A stretch of DNA of 64,000 bases from Candidatus Tenebribacter davisii (GTDB lineage: Bacteria; Cloacimonadota; Cloacimonadia; Cloacimonadales; TCS61): assembly GCA_030765535.1 (NCBI GenBank), contig JAVCCH010000130.1, positions 12,391 through 76,390 of the forward strand, in the 5' to 3' direction. The position numbers and the translations under genes are program-made. Position 1 is the first letter of the stretch. The number at the start of each line of letters is the position of its first letter. This document shows positions 48,243 through 57,712 of this stretch, piece after piece. The notes beneath the pieces are model-generated. The model saw nothing but the letters and a program-made list of their open reading frames with translations, searched no databases and was not told the origin of the DNA.

Positions 48243-50180
48243 TTAAAATGCTTTTCTTAAATTTATGATAAAAATTGCACCCGTAGGCTGATTATCCTTA
48301 ACATTAATTGAACCTCCAAAACGTTCTATAACCTCTTTTACAATATGTAATCCTATGCCTGTATGTCCTGTTTTACCATAAAGATATCCCTCATTAAAAA
48401 TTTTATCTTGAATTTTATTGGGTATTCCTGATCCGTTATCAGAAAATAAAATTTTGCACTCGTTTTTATCTGAAGATAACAAAATTTCAATTTCAGAAGC
48501 ATTACCATGTTTTATGGAATTATTTATAAGATTTTGAAAAACAGAATGCAACGCATCATCAGCAAATACCTTGCACTTTCCTTCGATTCGGAAATTTATT
48601 TTTGGAAAGTCAATAACTACTTCATTAATCAATCTGGATAATTCATATATTTTTAGTTTACTATTAGATTCGATAAATAATTCGTATTTTTTATAATCTG
48701 ATATTGTTTCCAAACTCTTTAATACTCTTTTATTTATTTCATCAAGTATTGATGGATTTCCTTTTATTTTGAAAATATCTACTGCGCTTTTAATTACTAC
48801 AAAATCATTAGAAAGGTCGTGTCGTATAATCTTGTTCAATATTTTTAATCGCTCGTTACTTGAATCTAATTTCAAGTTGTTTGCTTCAAGTTGTTGTTCA
48901 CTTGTTTTAAGTTGCTGATTTGCTGAATTGAGATTTTCGATAGAAGTTGTTGATTCTTTAAGGTAATTTGTCATTTGATTAAAAGAAGTAGCTAACTCTC
49001 CAATTTCATCAGTTCTATTAGTGATAATTCTGACATTGTAATCACCTTTTATTATCTGTTCAGTATTCTTTATTAACTCCCTTAATGGTCCAGCAATTTT
49101 ATTACCAATAATCAATGAAGTAATTGCAAAAATAGCAGAAAGCAACAAACCTAATAACCATAAGTACTTAACCATATTATTTATTGGTTCAAGAACATTT
49201 ACAAAAGGATTCATATCTAATACATACCAAAACTCACCTGTGTTTCCTTTCTTATGGTCAATAGATTCAAAATTTCCACCAAAATTATATCCTCTCAGTT
49301 CAGATGAAATTTTAATTTCGGATAATCCAATAACAAATTTATTACCTTTTTCTTCGAATATAAAAGATTCTTTAGTATTTCTTTTAATTTTCTTTTGAAG
49401 CTCAGTAGAAATCCTTTTGCTCAGTGGATCAATGTCTTCTTCAAAAATTATTAATCCAGAACTACGCATCAGTTTTAATTTTTCGTGATCTTCTATTTGA
49501 GAATTAACAATTATCGTATTAATAGAACCTAAGATATTCAAGTTTACTTTAAGAATACCGATTATTTCATTATCCTTCTTAACTGGAACTACAACACCGA
49601 GAACATATCCACCAACACTGTCATCATAACCGCGATCATCCAGAAATACAGCACCATTTCCATTATCATAAGAACCTTGCCACCAGTATTTATGAGCGTG
49701 AGCAAAAGTTGTAAGTTTTGCTGTAGATGCAACAAGTGCTCCGTATTTATTTGTTAGAAAGATTTCACCATACTCACCTTTAATATTTTGTTGCAGATCC
49801 TTAAAATATTTTGATACTTCGTTGTTTGTAAACTCAAGTATAAAGGAATCATTTTGTTTTTTTAATGTTTTCCATTTTTTGTTTTGTAGTGAAATTTTTT
49901 CATCTCTTTTCTTTTTTGATAATGATTTGTAATGCTTATTACTATTTGTAAGAGCCTTTGTAATTATTGGAGTAACAGCAATTGATTTTGTTGTTTTTAC
50001 TTTTTCCACTAAATGCTGATCAATACTATTCGATATTTCATCAACAGAAATTTTTGAATCTTCTAATATATTATTAAGGACACTATCATAATTTAATTTG
50101 TAAAAGAATGCAATAGCAGTCATTAGAATTATAATACTTGTAATAAAGATTTTGAGTGATTGTTTTAATGCAAAATTCAT
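48243..50180 (-). CDS. Orphan sensor histidine kinase (Cache-like periplasmic domain, HAMP, coiled coil, HisKA-like, HATPase)
   Basis: Contains the H-box IIRHDLSNDF, HAMP (DEIGELATSFNQM), and the G-boxes DNGSGIP and GHTGIGLHIV. No adjacent response regulator. Confidence 0.8.
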   Translation of the reverse strand: MNFALKQSLKIFITSIIILMTAIAFFYKLNYDSVLNNILEDSKISVDEISNSIDQHLVEKVKTTKSIAVTPIITKALTNSNKHYKSLSKKKRDEKISLQNKKWKTLKKQNDSFILEFTNNEVSKYFKDLQQNIKGEYGEIFLTNKYGALVASTAKLTTFAHAHKYWWQGSYDNGNGAVFLDDRGYDDSVGGYVLGVVVPVKKDNEIIGILKVNLNILGSINTIIVNSQIEDHEKLKLMRSSGLIIFEEDIDPLSKRISTELQKKIKRNTKESFIFEEKGNKFVIGLSEIKISSELRGYNFGGNFESIDHKKGNTGEFWYVLDMNPFVNVLEPINNMVKYLWLLGLLLSAIFAITSLIIGNKIAGPLRELIKNTEQIIKGDYNVRIITNRTDEIGELATSFNQMTNYLKESTTSIENLNSANQQLKTSEQQLEANNLKLDSSNERLKILNKIIRHDLSNDFVVIKSAVDIFKIKGNPSILDEINKRVLKSLETISDYKKYELFIESNSKLKIYELSRLINEVVIDFPKINFRIEGKCKVFADDALHSVFQNLINNSIKHGNASEIEILLSSDKNECKILFSDNGSGIPNKIQDKIFNEGYLYGKTGHTGIGLHIVKEVIERFGGSINVKDNQPTGAIFIINLRKAF

Positions 50181-50343
50181 TGAAATATCCCTTTTTTTTA
50201 ATATTCTATATTAATGACATCTTTAATACTGCTTTTATTTTCACAAGAAATTTATGGAAATTTCCTATAATGGTTGGAGCACGCCACGTTCTTTTTGATT
50301 CTCACCTTGCTTGGCTGTGGAGCTGTGTGTTAGTAGCTTCATT

Positions 50344-51330
50344 TTATGATTCATAATAGCCATTGTTAAACTTTTGAACATAATCTAAAATATCTTCTCT
50401 GCTATAGAAATTATAGACAGGAACGGATTTAGCAAAACGAGTCAACTTTTTAAGGTTAAAATGAGAACATTTGAAAACCTGAAATTTTACAAATCTTAAC
50501 AATTTTTTATTCTCTGAAATTCTTATGCTTATGCGTGAAAAAAGGGTTTCATATTGCATAAATAGAGCAATTAAATATATAAAAGGTAGATAGAAACAAA
50601 TCATAATGGCAGGAAATAATAATGATCTTAAGTTATCGTATAAGAGGAAGTCAGTTAAATTGGAGAAAACTTGATAGATAGCACCGATAGTATAAATAAT
50701 TCCTATAATACTTAAAATAGCGGTTGTCATTTTTTTTACTACTAAATGATCTTTTTCTAATTCAGATACTACATTCATTCCAACAAGCAATACTACAAAG
50801 GGTAATAAAATCAACTCCCAAATTAGATTATAACTATAGAAGTTTACTACAAATTCTAATATTAATACAAACTTTAAATTATCTAATAGTGTTTTCTTAA
50901 AAAAGTAAGGTTCTGTATATGCCTTACTTGCATTCATTAGCATAATAAATGCAACACCAGAAATCCAATAAATTGTGTCTTTTAGTAATGAAAATCTCCA
51001 GAAATTGATTCTATATAACAAAAGAAGAATAACTGATAAATATAATAACATTAATAAATTTATTCTTAACAATGCTTTGCTAAAAATTATTTTAATTAGA
51101 CTGAATATTGAACCGCTTATTTTTTTCTGTGATAAAACCCAGACTAAAAAAACAATAAACCAGAGACCTAAAGAAATTTCTCTATTGTTAAAATTAGATT
51201 GAACAAACTCAATTATATTCAAGATTACTCTCCACAATCTCAATTTACTCTTACTCAAATCATCGTCTAAATTAATATGTTGCAGATCAAGTATTAAATC
51301 CAGAAGCAAATTTACTTTGTTAAAAATCAT
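50344..51330 (-). CDS. Polytopic (about 7 TM) membrane protein of unknown function
   Basis: Hydrophobicity pattern only. It has a basic C-terminal tail of about 70 aa. No family recognised. Confidence 0.4.
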   Translation of the reverse strand: MIFNKVNLLLDLILDLQHINLDDDLSKSKLRLWRVILNIIEFVQSNFNNREISLGLWFIVFLVWVLSQKKISGSIFSLIKIIFSKALLRINLLMLLYLSVILLLLYRINFWRFSLLKDTIYWISGVAFIMLMNASKAYTEPYFFKKTLLDNLKFVLILEFVVNFYSYNLIWELILLPFVVLLVGMNVVSELEKDHLVVKKMTTAILSIIGIIYTIGAIYQVFSNLTDFLLYDNLRSLLFPAIMICFYLPFIYLIALFMQYETLFSRISIRISENKKLLRFVKFQVFKCSHFNLKKLTRFAKSVPVYNFYSREDILDYVQKFNNGYYES

Positions 51331-51379
51331 GAGTCAATTAAAATATATTTGATAATTGTTTATTTTTGTAAATTGATAC

Positions 51380-51407
51380 AAAAAAAACCGTTCTTTTTTA
51401 AGAACGG
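51380..51407 (-). terminator. Rho-independent terminator of tig-clpP-clpX
   Basis: The minus-strand RNA reads CCGUUCUU-aaaa-AAGAACGG followed by U8, 22 nt after the clpX stop. Confidence 0.8.
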
Positions 51408-51428
51408 CTATAGATTTATCAGTTTGTT

Positions 51429-52658
51429 TTAGGCAGACTGTTCCTTTTTTTTATCTTTATAAGAAAATTTAGGGTCAGTTTTACCTAGAACAACATCGGC
51501 AGAAATGAAGCACTCCTTAATATTGCTTATCTCTGGAATATCATACATGATATCCAGCATGAATTTTTCCATAATAGCTCGTAATCCGCGAGCACCGGTT
51601 TTTTGATTTATGGCATTATGGGCTATCTCTTTAAGAGCATCAATCCCAAAGTCCAGTTTTACATCTTCTATTTCGAATAATTTTGTATACTGTTTACAGA
51701 TGGCATTTTTTGGTTTGGTAAGAATAGCGATTAATGCTTCTTCATCCAGTTCATGTAAAGATGAGATAACCGGGATTCGTCCCACTAATTCTGGGATAAG
51801 ACCGTATTTAACCAGATCATTTGGAATTGTTCTACTGAAGAAATCAGGGTCAATATCCTTTTTGGAGATTACATCAGCATCAAATCCCACTGCTTTTTTC
51901 TTAAGTCTGTTTTGGATCACTTTATCTAATCCGAAAAAAGCACCGCCGGTAATGAAAAGAATATTTTTCGTATCAATCTCAATAAATTCCTGCTGCGGAT
52001 GCTTTCTGCCGCCTTTTGGAGGTACATTTACTTTAGCGCCTTCCAGTATCTTGAGCAGCGCCTGTTGAACTCCTTCACCGGATACATCACGAGTTATTGA
52101 AGGAGTCTCGGATTTTCTGGCGATCTTATCAAGTTCATCAATATAGATAATGCCTTTTTCCGCTTTTTCAATATCGTAATTAGCATTTTGCAGGAGTCGT
52201 ACTAAAATATTTTCTACATCTTCTCCTACATAGCCTGCTTCGGTTAAAGTTGTAGCATCGGCAATGGCAAATGGAACTTTAAGTATGCGTGACAGAGTTT
52301 GAGCAATAAGCGTTTTACCGGATCCGGTTGGACCGATCATCAGGATATTGCTTTTCTCAATATCAATTTCACTTTTGTCATCTTGCTTGAATATTCTTTT
52401 ATAATGATTATAAACAGAAACAGCAATTATCTTCTTAGCTTTTTCCTGCCCGATAACATACTGGTTTAATAGCTCATGGATCTCTCTCGGAGTGGGGAGG
52501 ATGAAGTTATCCATCTCTTTTTTCTGAAATTCAGATTCAACAATGGTAGAACACATATTTATGCATTCTTCACAAATATTCCCACTTATACCCTTGATAA
52601 GATATTTTGTTTCAGATTCAGTTCTACCGCAGAATGAACATTTATTTTGTTCTTCCAT
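51429..52658 (-). CDS. clpX: ATP-dependent Clp protease ATP-binding subunit ClpX
   Basis: Zinc finger CSFCGR...CEEC, Walker A GPTGSGKT and IYIDELDK. Confidence 0.97.
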   Translation of the reverse strand: MEEQNKCSFCGRTESETKYLIKGISGNICEECINMCSTIVESEFQKKEMDNFILPTPREIHELLNQYVIGQEKAKKIIAVSVYNHYKRIFKQDDKSEIDIEKSNILMIGPTGSGKTLIAQTLSRILKVPFAIADATTLTEAGYVGEDVENILVRLLQNANYDIEKAEKGIIYIDELDKIARKSETPSITRDVSGEGVQQALLKILEGAKVNVPPKGGRKHPQQEFIEIDTKNILFITGGAFFGLDKVIQNRLKKKAVGFDADVISKKDIDPDFFSRTIPNDLVKYGLIPELVGRIPVISSLHELDEEALIAILTKPKNAICKQYTKLFEIEDVKLDFGIDALKEIAHNAINQKTGARGLRAIMEKFMLDIMYDIPEISNIKECFISADVVLGKTDPKFSYKDKKKEQSA

Positions 52659-53273
52659 CTATTCTCCTGATTTTCTTGTTAAAATGGAATCTTTCCTGGT
52701 CGCAATTACTTCATCAATAATACCATATTCTTTGGCATCTTCCGGGCTCATGAAGAAATTTCGGTCAGTATCTTTTTCTATCTCTTTTAACGGATGTTTT
52801 GTATGTTTATGTAAAAGTTGATTCAGGTTCTTTTTCAGATGCAGGATCTCCTTAGTATGAATTTCAATGTCAGAAGCTTGTCCCTGCACACCTCCCATAG
52901 GTTGATGTATCATAATGCGGCAATTAGGAAGAGCAAATCTTTTGCCTGTGACACCTGCAGCCAGAAGAAAAGCACCCATACTGGAAGCTTGTCCAATGCA
53001 GATAGTAGAGACATCCGGGCGAATATACTGCATTGTATCATAAATGGCGAGACCTGCAGATACAGAACCACCGGGGCTGTTTATATACATGTAGATATCT
53101 TTGTCAGGATCTTCAGCTTCAAGATGCAGCAGCTGGGCAATTACAACGTTTGCCACATTATAATCTATGGGTGATCCAACAAAGATTATGCGGTCTTTTA
53201 AGAGACGTGAATAAATATCATAGGCTCTTTCAACTTTGCCGTTCTGTTCAACTACAATTGGTACATAGGCCAT
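52659..53273 (-). CDS. clpP: ATP-dependent Clp protease proteolytic subunit ClpP
   Basis: Contains [11 protein letters not shown] (Ser) and MIHQP (His). Abuts clpX. Confidence 0.97.
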   Translation of the reverse strand: MAYVPIVVEQNGKVERAYDIYSRLLKDRIIFVGSPIDYNVANVVIAQLLHLEAEDPDKDIYMYINSPGGSVSAGLAIYDTMQYIRPDVSTICIGQASSMGAFLLAAGVTGKRFALPNCRIMIHQPMGGVQGQASDIEIHTKEILHLKKNLNQLLHKHTKHPLKEIEKDTDRNFFMSPEDAKEYGIIDEVIATRKDSILTRKSGE

Positions 53274-53287
53274 ATTAACTCCCTAAA

Positions 53288-54553
53288 TTATTTTTTTGCT
53301 TTTTCTTTTGGTAAAGCAACAAATTTTGAACTTTCTTTTATCAGGTTGATTACTTTGTTTTCTTCTACTTCAGAAGTGAAATCGCTGCTTTCAATTTGTT
53401 TCTTATACATTTTCTTGTATTTTTTTATATCCATTTTTAGATTTTCAGCAGCTTTTTTAATTGTATCTTCTTTTTCCTCATCAGTTATTTTTACAGCTTC
53501 CAGCTTCTTGATCTCTTCAATTAAATAATGACCTTTAAGATTGAAATCAGCTATACTCATATACATTTGAGTCATTTGACTAATATCCATTTTATATGCT
53601 TCAGCATAAGGTTTTGCCATATTTTCTGCTACTTGTTTCACAATGGACTGTGGAAGCTCGAATTTGTTCTCGTCAATGAGCTGAGCCAGAATAGCACTTT
53701 TCATATTGTTTTTATTATCTTCTTCGATCTTAACTTTAAGTTCTTCTTCTACTTTGCTGTTCAGATCTTTCAGTGATTCATATTCCAGGTCTTTGGCAAA
53801 TTCATCGTTAAGTTCAGGAATATCTTTGCGTTTGATAGATTTGATCTTAATGAGGAATTCTCTGTCCTTCATACTCTCTTTGATATCTTCATCATTAGAT
53901 TTTTGTGTCTTTGTAAATAGTTTAGTTTTAACTTCATCATCAACTTTTACACTGGCAAGATTTGTATTAAATAATTTTGAATATTGATTTTCACCCAAGA
54001 TAAATGTTCTATTCACTTCTTTAGTAACTTCATCTTTATCATCCAGGAATTTGAAGGCAGCTTCGATTATATTGCCGTTTTCAGCGATATCAACAGATGT
54101 TTCAGTCGCCATTTTATTCCTGTAATCTTCTAAAGTTGCATCTATCATATCTTTTTTGAATTTAACAGGTTCATACGGGATCTTTAAGCCTTTATATTTT
54201 TCAACTTTAATATCAGGCATAACTTCATATTTAAAAGTAACAACAAACTCTTTTCCTTTTTCCCAGTCAAATTCTAAAGCTTCACCCTGGTTGATGGGAT
54301 GAACTTTTTCTGTATCGATTGCTTCTTTATAATAATCTGCTAATTTTTGATTATAGAATTCATCTTTGATCTGTGGACCGAATGATTTTTCTATCATTGA
54401 AATTGGTGCTTTACCTTTGCGGAATCCTGGAATTGCTACATAATTTTTGAATTGATTTACGATCTTATTGTAATCTGCCCTGGCAGTTTCTGCTTCTACA
54501 GTAATGGTAAGTTCTCTTACGCATTGACTGGTCTCTTTGATACTAGTTTTCAA
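53288..54553 (-). CDS. tig: Trigger factor
   Basis: Contains the ribosome-binding motif GFRKGKAP. The size and the position upstream of clpP-clpX fit trigger factor. Confidence 0.9.
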   Translation of the reverse strand: MKTSIKETSQCVRELTITVEAETARADYNKIVNQFKNYVAIPGFRKGKAPISMIEKSFGPQIKDEFYNQKLADYYKEAIDTEKVHPINQGEALEFDWEKGKEFVVTFKYEVMPDIKVEKYKGLKIPYEPVKFKKDMIDATLEDYRNKMATETSVDIAENGNIIEAAFKFLDDKDEVTKEVNRTFILGENQYSKLFNTNLASVKVDDEVKTKLFTKTQKSNDEDIKESMKDREFLIKIKSIKRKDIPELNDEFAKDLEYESLKDLNSKVEEELKVKIEEDNKNNMKSAILAQLIDENKFELPQSIVKQVAENMAKPYAEAYKMDISQMTQMYMSIADFNLKGHYLIEEIKKLEAVKITDEEKEDTIKKAAENLKMDIKKYKKMYKKQIESSDFTSEVEENKVINLIKESSKFVALPKEKAKK

Positions 54554-54588
54554 GTTTTCTCCTTAATATAAATAATATATAAAATATC

Positions 54589-54675
54589 TGGTGCGAAAGA
54601 GGGGACTCGAACCCCTACGAGATTGCTCTCACTGGCTTCTAAGGCCAGCGCGTCTACCAACTCCGCCACTTTCGC
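54589..54675 (-). tRNA. tRNA-Leu (anticodon UAG), type II with long variable arm, CCA encoded
   Basis: The reverse complement is GCGAAAGTGGCGGAGTTGGTAGACGCGCTGGCCTTAGAAGCCAGTGAGAGCAATCTCGTAGGGGTTCGAGTCCCCTCTTTCGCACCA. The 7-bp acceptor stem, anticodon loop CTTAGAA and T-loop TTCGAGT all fold by hand. Confidence 0.9.
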
Positions 54676-54683
54676 AATTATAA

Positions 54684-55832
54684 TTATTGCATAGATTGAT
54701 ACATTTTATTGTATTTATCCATTAATTCTTTATTGTTTAATTCTTTAGATGCGTTATATAACATCTGTACAGCTTCTTTTGAGTTACTTTCAAGTTCATG
54801 CCACATTTCAGCATACTTGATAAGCTCTTCATATTTCTTAAGTCCATAAAATTTATAACATAGCGTAGTTACATATATTGGATTATCAATAGTGCCGTCA
54901 GCAGCATCAAGATCAACCGCTTTTTGCAGGTAAATCGTAGAGGCATCATTATCTTTAAGTGATAAAGCAATATTGCTTAAGGTAACCAGGGTATTCAAAT
55001 TTTCAAGATCAAATTCCAAAGCTTTCTTAAAAGCATCATAAGCTAATGAATCTTTTTTACCATTATTAAAGGCAATACCTGCATTATAATAGTTATCGGG
55101 ATTCTCAGGATCATTTTTGGCTGCTTCCATATACCAATTACCAGCTTCAATATAATTCTCTTCATTAAAGTACAGAATTGCTACCTGTTGTTTTGCATAC
55201 ATATCGGTAGAATCAAGTTCAGCTGTTTTGATAAAGAAATTTCTGGAATTTTCCATGTCATCCAGTTTTTCATAACAAAGTGCTATAAGGCGATATGTAA
55301 TTGTACTGTCCGGAACGATCTCAGCAATATTACTGAAGATCTCTATAGCTTCATTATATTCTTCAGATTGAATTTTAATTTTTCCACTATTTACCATTTG
55401 TGTAAAACAATTATCTCTAAATTGTTCGCATGATTCAAGTAGTTCATTTAATTTTGGTTTTTTTATGTTGTCCTTGAAAAATTTCTTTCCTGCTTTTTCA
55501 TCTGTTTCATTTATGCTCTCATATTCAGCATAAATGCCATTGATAACATCAATCAGTCTGATAAAGTATTCTCTTGCTTTTGGATAATCTTTTTTAGTGT
55601 CATAATATATTGCAGCAACATTATTCAGTGCATCGAGCTGATCTGGATTTTCTGCTAACACCTCTTCGTATAAAGGCATAGCTTTTTCATATCTTTTTCC
55701 ACCTAAATGCATATTTGCAGATCGTAAATTCTTCTTGCCCTGAACAGACAGATTTTGTGAAGCAATAAGTAATGTAGTTACGAAGACTAAAATAATTCCA
55801 ACTATGAGTAAAATCTTTTTAGAATCTCTCAT
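54684..55832 (-). CDS. TPR-repeat protein with N-terminal membrane anchor
   Basis: Repeated 34-aa A/Y/L patterns (for example NNVAAIYYDTKKDYPKAREYF). GGAGG ribosome-binding site. Confidence 0.6.
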   Translation of the reverse strand: MRDSKKILLIVGIILVFVTTLLIASQNLSVQGKKNLRSANMHLGGKRYEKAMPLYEEVLAENPDQLDALNNVAAIYYDTKKDYPKAREYFIRLIDVINGIYAEYESINETDEKAGKKFFKDNIKKPKLNELLESCEQFRDNCFTQMVNSGKIKIQSEEYNEAIEIFSNIAEIVPDSTITYRLIALCYEKLDDMENSRNFFIKTAELDSTDMYAKQQVAILYFNEENYIEAGNWYMEAAKNDPENPDNYYNAGIAFNNGKKDSLAYDAFKKALEFDLENLNTLVTLSNIALSLKDNDASTIYLQKAVDLDAADGTIDNPIYVTTLCYKFYGLKKYEELIKYAEMWHELESNSKEAVQMLYNASKELNNKELMDKYNKMYQSMQ

Positions 55833-55884
55833 TTTTCCTCCATATTATATATAATATAATGCAAAATTTTTTATAAGGTATATA

Positions 55885-55890
55885 AGTCAA
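55885..55890 (-). promoter_or_regulatory. TTGACT box, 58 bp upstream of ATG 55832
   Basis: Member of the recurring TTGAC-box set. Confidence 0.25.
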
Positions 55891-55904
55891 GTATTTTGTA
55901 ATGT

Positions 55905-55940
55905 AAAAGCATGAAGAAGGTGACCATAAGTCACCCTCTT
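55905..55940 (-). terminator. Probable terminator hairpin after sppA
   Basis: The minus-strand RNA forms an 11-bp stem (AAGAGGGUGAC/GUCACCUUCUU, one G-U pair) with loop UUAUG. The downstream U-tract is only 4 nt, so this is a weak call. Confidence 0.45.
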
Positions 55941-55951
55941 ATATTAATTTG

Positions 55952-57697
55952 TTAGTTCTCTATCTCAAAAGGCAGAATAGCTTGCAGGGGATCATTCTTA
56001 ATTGATTTTAATAATTCCCAGGCTTTCAGAACTCCTTTGTCTTCTTTTATCTGATTTTTAATTATGGTTTCAGCAAGGTCAATCTCAAATTTTTCCCTTA
56101 ACATCTCTTCCAGGAAGCTCTTTTGTCTGGGATAATATTCGACTGTAAACTCTATGATATTACTGAGTTCAGCAGCTTTTTTTATAGCTTTATCCAGCAT
56201 TCCTACTTCATCTATCAATTTGTTGTTAAGAGCATCCTGGGCTGACCATACTTGCCCTTGAGCGATCAGCTCAACTTCGTTCAGTGATATATCTCTGCCG
56301 TTTGCTACTCTTTGTTTGAATTCCAGATAAGTTTCTAGTATACTTATTCGCATAGATTGTGTTGTTGATTCATCAAGTTTTGTATAGATACTCATTGCGT
56401 TTGAGAATTTCCCTTTTGAGATCTCTTGCTCATGAATGCCAAGCTTATCTGTGAGTTGAGAAATGTTGGGAATCATAGCAACAACACCGATTGAGCCGGT
56501 TATTGTAAAAGGATCGGCAAAGATGTAATCGGATTCAGCCGAGATATAATATCCACCTGAGGCAGCAACATTGCCCATTGAAATTATTACAGGCTTTGTC
56601 TTTCTTAATCGCTTTATTCTATCATGGATTATTTCAGAAACTAGTGCACTTCCACCTGGACTATTAACGCGGATCACAACGCTTTTTACATCATTGTCTT
56701 TCTCTAGTTTTGCGAGAATTTTATTTAGTTTTGAAGCTGTAATGTTCAAGCTGTTAAATCCACCTGACTGCATTACAATTCCACCTTGTGCATATACTAT
56801 GGCAATATTAGAGCTTGACCGTTTGAAATTCGGCATCTTATATTTAGAAATTGAAATTAAATTTCTTTTAGTAATACCAAGTTTTTTATAGAGATCTTCT
56901 TTGAAGCAAAGCCGGTCTACCAGGTTGTATTTTAATGCTCTATCTTTATTGATAAAAAGTTCATTCCTTTTTTCATAAATATCAGTTATAGCTGAAATAT
57001 CAATACTGCGATTATCAGCCAGTTTTAGAAGTATCTCATTATATACATTGGTGTATAACCGATCAAGATTTTTTCGCACCGGTTCAGATAGACTATTACG
57101 TGAATATGTTTCTCCTGCTCCTTTATATTTTCCAGCATGGATTACGTTTATATCAACCCCAATCTTATCGAAGAAATCCTTATAAAAAAGTATTCCTCCT
57201 CCAACTCCTGTCAGCATTATCCCGGCTGAAGCAGAAGGATTAAGATAAATGCTATCTGCAACGGTTGATAAGAAATAATCTCTATTCATGGCAAAATCAA
57301 GATAGGCATTGATCTCTTTCCCTGATTTTTTGAAATTTTCCATCGCAGCCATTATCTCATTAAGACCGGCATAACCACAGGCAATAAAATTCGGTTCAAG
57401 TAAAATACCTTTGATCTTATCATCCTTTGATGCTTTGTTGATCTTATGAACTATATTGTGAACTGAATTCGTCTTTCCTGAAAATGCACCCTGGAAAGGA
57501 TCATCTTTATATTCATTATAGGTAATTACCTGACCGCTAATGTCTAATTTCAACCATGAACCTTCCGTAATCCTTTCCGGCATTGGTTTCTTAAATCCTT
57601 TTCCAATAGTACCAAAACTTATTATCATACTAAAAACAAAAACAATAATTATTATAACTGATGTAAGACATCCTAATGAAAACCATTTTGATTTCAT
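55952..57697 (-). CDS. sppA: Signal peptide peptidase SppA, 67K type (two S49 domains)
   Basis: N-terminal TM helix, duplicated ClpP/crotonase-like halves and the Ser context GNVAASGGYYIS. Confidence 0.85.
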   Translation of the reverse strand: MKSKWFSLGCLTSVIIIIVFVFSMIISFGTIGKGFKKPMPERITEGSWLKLDISGQVITYNEYKDDPFQGAFSGKTNSVHNIVHKINKASKDDKIKGILLEPNFIACGYAGLNEIMAAMENFKKSGKEINAYLDFAMNRDYFLSTVADSIYLNPSASAGIMLTGVGGGILFYKDFFDKIGVDINVIHAGKYKGAGETYSRNSLSEPVRKNLDRLYTNVYNEILLKLADNRSIDISAITDIYEKRNELFINKDRALKYNLVDRLCFKEDLYKKLGITKRNLISISKYKMPNFKRSSSNIAIVYAQGGIVMQSGGFNSLNITASKLNKILAKLEKDNDVKSVVIRVNSPGGSALVSEIIHDRIKRLRKTKPVIISMGNVAASGGYYISAESDYIFADPFTITGSIGVVAMIPNISQLTDKLGIHEQEISKGKFSNAMSIYTKLDESTTQSMRISILETYLEFKQRVANGRDISLNEVELIAQGQVWSAQDALNNKLIDEVGMLDKAIKKAAELSNIIEFTVEYYPRQKSFLEEMLREKFEIDLAETIIKNQIKEDKGVLKAWELLKSIKNDPLQAILPFEIEN

Positions 57698-57712
57698 AAT
57701 TAACTCCTTTTA

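Noticed and set aside
50156-50356. A 66-aa plus-strand ORF spanning the whole kinase / membrane-protein spacer.
   Set aside because: It has no ribosome-binding site, a non-ATG start inside the kinase gene and a low-complexity hydrophobic translation. The GC-rich part is better explained as the non-coding element reported in the findings.
51610-53278. Plus-strand ORFs antisense to clpX and clpP (152, 92, 118 and 81 aa).
   Set aside because: Nested in highly conserved genes, with no start context or motifs.
53346-53987. Three Ser/Phe/Leu-rich plus-strand ORFs antisense to tig.
   Set aside because: These low-complexity translations are the mirror of the Lys/Glu-rich trigger factor gene.
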